DNA of 47,795 nucleotides from Candidatus Micrarchaeota archaeon (GTDB lineage Archaea; Micrarchaeota; Micrarchaeia; Anstonellales; Bilamarchaeaceae): NCBI GenBank assembly GCA_018304385.1, contig JAGVWJ010000009.1, positions 1 to 47,795 of the forward strand, read 5' to 3'. Shown piece by piece: positions 45,263 to 47,795 of this stretch (position 1 is its first letter; each line of letters starts with the position of its first letter). The notes under the pieces were generated by a model. It saw only the letters and a program-made list of their open reading frames with translations, ran no database searches and was not told where the DNA came from. The position numbers and the translations under genes were made by a program.

Positions 45263-45823
45263 ATGGCATTAGAATCTGTTTTTCTGGCAGTTGGTGTATT
45301 GCTATTCTTAATTTTATTATATCTTGCGATCACATACAATAATCTAATATCAATGAGAACACGCATAGAAACAGCATGGGCGCAAATAGATGTATTTCTC
45401 AAGCGTCGTTATGATCTTATTCCTAATCTAGTAGAGGCAGTTAAGGGTTATGCTAAGCATGAAAAGGAAACATTAGAGAATGTAATGAAAGCACGAGCTG
45501 GTTTGATTGAAGGAAGCGTTGCTGAACGGGGCGGTGCTGATTCAACAGTAACTCAAAGCGTAAAATCATTATTCGCAGTTGCTGAGGCTTATCCAAATTT
45601 AAAAGCAAATGAAAACTTCCTTAAGCTTCAGGAAGAACTGGTTGCTACAGAGAATAGCATTGCATTTGTTCGCATTGGATATAATGATGATGCTTTGCAT
45701 TATAATATTGCGTTGCAGGCATTTCCTTCTAGCATAATTGGCAATATGTTTGGATTTAAGCCAAAGGAATTTTTCCAAGCAAAAGAACATGAACGTGCAG
45801 CTGTAAAAGTGGATTTGAAATGA
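45263..45823 (+). CDS. lemA: LemA family protein (copy 1)
   Basis: YNNLI...AWAQIDVFLKRRYDLIPNLVEAVKGYAKHEKETL...AEAYPNLKANENF...FPS. Confidence 0.95.
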   Translation: MALESVFLAVGVLLFLILLYLAITYNNLISMRTRIETAWAQIDVFLKRRYDLIPNLVEAVKGYAKHEKETLENVMKARAGLIEGSVAERGGADSTVTQSVKSLFAVAEAYPNLKANENFLKLQEELVATENSIAFVRIGYNDDALHYNIALQAFPSSIIGNMFGFKPKEFFQAKEHERAAVKVDLK

Positions 45824-45888
45824 TGGATTTAAATATTTCTGAGTAGTAGTATATTAAGTATATTACAAAAATAGTAAAAGGAGTAAAT

Positions 45889-46743
45889 ATGGTCGGACCT
45901 GGAATTGCATTTAGAACAGAAGCAGAGACACTTTTTGATAAAGGCCGCAAGCTTGCAACTAACATAAGAGGATCTGACTTGGGGGAGTTAAGAAGAAATA
46001 TTGCATTGTATGTGGAAATACCTGGAAGAGCTACTTATGGTACTGATTTAAAAATGGGTCCAAAACAAACAGTAGCAAAGTATAATAGAGAGTTTATTCT
46101 AGCAAAACAGGAAAATTTAAGACAATTTGTAGCTGGATATCTAACTGGTTGTGAAAGATCTGGAAGAACAACAGAAGGAATAACACGGTTGTTTAATGCG
46201 TACACAGAAGTTTTGCGATCATTTTTGGGGCATGTAAAGGATGAATTAAACAGGATAGGCTTAGACAAACAATGGCCAGATTCTGTCCCGGCACTTAAAG
46301 CTAAGTTAGATCTTATAATAAAGGAAGCTATGGATAAGATATCAAAAGAAAACCCAGGAGCTACTGGTAGAAATCTTGAGCTTTTAGCAGCAAACGCATT
46401 GGAGAATGACGAACGATTAAGATCTAGATATTCTAGCGCCAAGCGAAGATTAGTGGCTGTTCAAGAAGCTGTTAAAAATCTTGAAGCACAGGAAAGAAAT
46501 TTAATACGAGTTATAGATAAGCTACCAGAAATTGAAAGGGCAACTAAAGTAGGTGGAGAAACATTAGCAAAATCGCTTTCGAGATTATTTAAGGCGCCAG
46601 GGAGATTAGAGGTATTGCCTACTAGACTTAAGATAGCTGGGGCTGCCGCAGTTGTAGCTATATCAGGAATATTAGGTTTTATTTACGGACTTGCAACAGA
46701 AAACAACGAACCAAAAACGATACGACCAGTAAAAATCAAATGA
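45889..46743 (+). CDS. 284 aa helical hypothetical protein with C-terminal TM anchor
   Basis: Charged helical body; KIAGAAAVVAISGILGFIYGL near the C-terminus. Confidence 0.75.
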   Translation: MVGPGIAFRTEAETLFDKGRKLATNIRGSDLGELRRNIALYVEIPGRATYGTDLKMGPKQTVAKYNREFILAKQENLRQFVAGYLTGCERSGRTTEGITRLFNAYTEVLRSFLGHVKDELNRIGLDKQWPDSVPALKAKLDLIIKEAMDKISKENPGATGRNLELLAANALENDERLRSRYSSAKRRLVAVQEAVKNLEAQERNLIRVIDKLPEIERATKVGGETLAKSLSRLFKAPGRLEVLPTRLKIAGAAAVVAISGILGFIYGLATENNEPKTIRPVKIK

Positions 46744-46841
46744 TAATACAATTTCAATAGATTTTTAAGTGCTAACATATTATAAATTTTTAATGAAAAA
46801 CAGGTTTTGGTTGCTTTTTCCTAAAAGGCGAGGGTGAAAAA

Positions 46842-47399
46842 ATGGTATTGGAGATTATATTGATTGTTTTAGTAGTTATAGTAATACTGGCTGGTTTGTG
46901 GATTGTTGGAACATATAATGGCCTTATTACCTTGCGAACGCGCATTGATAATGGGTGGGCGCAGATTGAAGTTTTTCTTAAGAGAAGATATGATCTTATT
47001 CCTAATCTAGTAGAGACAGTTAAAGGTTACGCTAAGCATGAGAAGGAAACATTAGAGAATGTAATGAAAGCACGAGCTGGCTTGATGACCGGCAGCACAG
47101 AAGACAGAATGCAGGCAAACAACATGCTTTCTCAAACTCTTAAAAGCCTGTTTGCAGTTACAGAAGCTTATCCAAATTTAAAGGCAAATGAAAACTTCTT
47201 GGAGCTTCAACGCGAGTTATCAAGCACTGAAAACGGCATTGCAAGCGTTCGATCACAATATAACAACACCGTAGAGCCATATAATCGTACGATTCAGCAA
47301 TTTCCATCTAACATCATTGCAGGCATGTTTGGATTTTTAGCAAGACCGTGGTTTGAAGCACCAGCTGCAGAGCGAGAAGCACCAAAGGTGAAATTTTAA
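46842..47399 (+). CDS. lemA: LemA family protein (copy 2)
   Basis: GGTGA SD; WAQIEVFLKRRYDLIPNLVETVKGYAKHE, EAYPNLKANENF. Confidence 0.95.
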   Translation: MVLEIILIVLVVIVILAGLWIVGTYNGLITLRTRIDNGWAQIEVFLKRRYDLIPNLVETVKGYAKHEKETLENVMKARAGLMTGSTEDRMQANNMLSQTLKSLFAVTEAYPNLKANENFLELQRELSSTENGIASVRSQYNNTVEPYNRTIQQFPSNIIAGMFGFLARPWFEAPAAEREAPKVKF

Positions 47400-47402
47400 T
47401 AT

Positions 47403-47478
47403 TAGCAGGTGGCTTGTGGCAATTGGCTAGTAGCTAACAGCCAAAAAGGCTAATGACCAAAAGCTAATGGCTGATAAC
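47403..47478 (+). repeat. Heptamer mini-array with internal hairpin
   Basis: tagcagg tggcttg tggcaat tggctag tagctaa cagccaa aaaggctaa tgaccaa aagctaa tggctga taac, then ATG 47479. Confidence 0.75.
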
Positions 47479-47795
47479 ATGTCTGATACTGCTTCATTTG
47501 AAAAGATAAGTTTCTTTGATGAGATAGCAGCAAACAAAGGCCAGTCACTTGTTCTTCTTTTTTGCATGTTTGCATTATATTTAGCTCTAATATGGATTAT
47601 ATCTGAAACATTTGGCATTGGAATATTTGCTGTAATTATAGGCCTTATTGTACTTGTCTTTTATGCGATTATTGGATATTTCATGGGCAGCAGCATTATC
47701 CTTAAGATGAGTGGTGCAAAACGCGTTGCACGTGAGGAATATCCATATTTATATTTAACAGTTGAGGGATTATGCGCTGCAAATGCGATTAAACC
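47479..47795 (+). CDS. htpX: HtpX-like M48 metalloprotease, N-terminal part (runs off window end)
   Basis: Not in track. MSDTASFEKISFFDEIAANKGQSLVLLF...YFMGSSIILKMSGAKRVAREEYPYLYLTVEGLCAANAIKP; typical lemA-htpX pairing. Confidence 0.85.
   Translation, partial: MSDTASFEKISFFDEIAANKGQSLVLLFCMFALYLALIWIISETFGIGIFAVIIGLIVLVFYAIIGYFMGSSIILKMSGAKRVAREEYPYLYLTVEGLCAANAIK

Noticed and set aside
8160-46700. LPTR immediately before a TM helix in both the 8145 and 45889 proteins as a sorting motif
   Set aside because: Four residues in two proteins at opposite termini is compatible with chance.
38-47618. Many short antisense or alternate-frame ORFs in the track (e.g. 547-786, 1703-2182, 21064-21567, 32185-32637, 47427-47618)
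   Set aside because: They lie opposite or within longer, motif-bearing genes and have Leu/Ser/Phe-rich shadow composition.
1-47795. CRISPR array, tRNA or rRNA genes
   Set aside because: No repeat-spacer periodicity; the GC-rich hairpins lack cloverleaf arms; none seen by eye.

Overview
Archaeal chromosomal window. The archaeal assignment rests on aTrm56, a stand-alone GMP synthase B subunit, archaeal-type Nfo, an A24 prepilin peptidase, GGTGA ribosome-binding sites and TATA boxes. A DPANN/Micrarchaeota-like host is my inference and is unverified. Housekeeping genes (HAD hydrolase, nfo, guaAB, EndoQ-like, trm56, lemA x2, htpX), a GT2/deacetylase/acyltransferase polysaccharide module and several toxin-antitoxin-like modules are interleaved with about 27 kb of large orphan genes. 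These orphans carry motifs normally tied to bacterial envelopes: two paralogous 1,500-1,600 aa proteins with beta-barrel-like C-terminal halves and no signal peptide, a third giant with a central beta-strand block, a membrane-anchored TPR + Pro-linker + TonB-C/AgmX-like protein, two proteins with peptidoglycan-binding-like motifs, HEAT/TPR solenoid giants sharing a duplicated module, a pre-toxin-like coiled-coil giant and a 10-repeat Cys-rich lipoprotein. I propose, as inference, an undescribed envelope-spanning or contact-dependent (host/prey interaction) apparatus. At DNA level there is a GC-rich ~35 nt hairpin element present twice (once in-frame inside a gene), three heptamer mini-arrays abutting start codons, a frame break in one giant gene and a perfect 23 bp operator-like palindrome before AbiE. 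All family calls are by motif recognition; no database searches were run.
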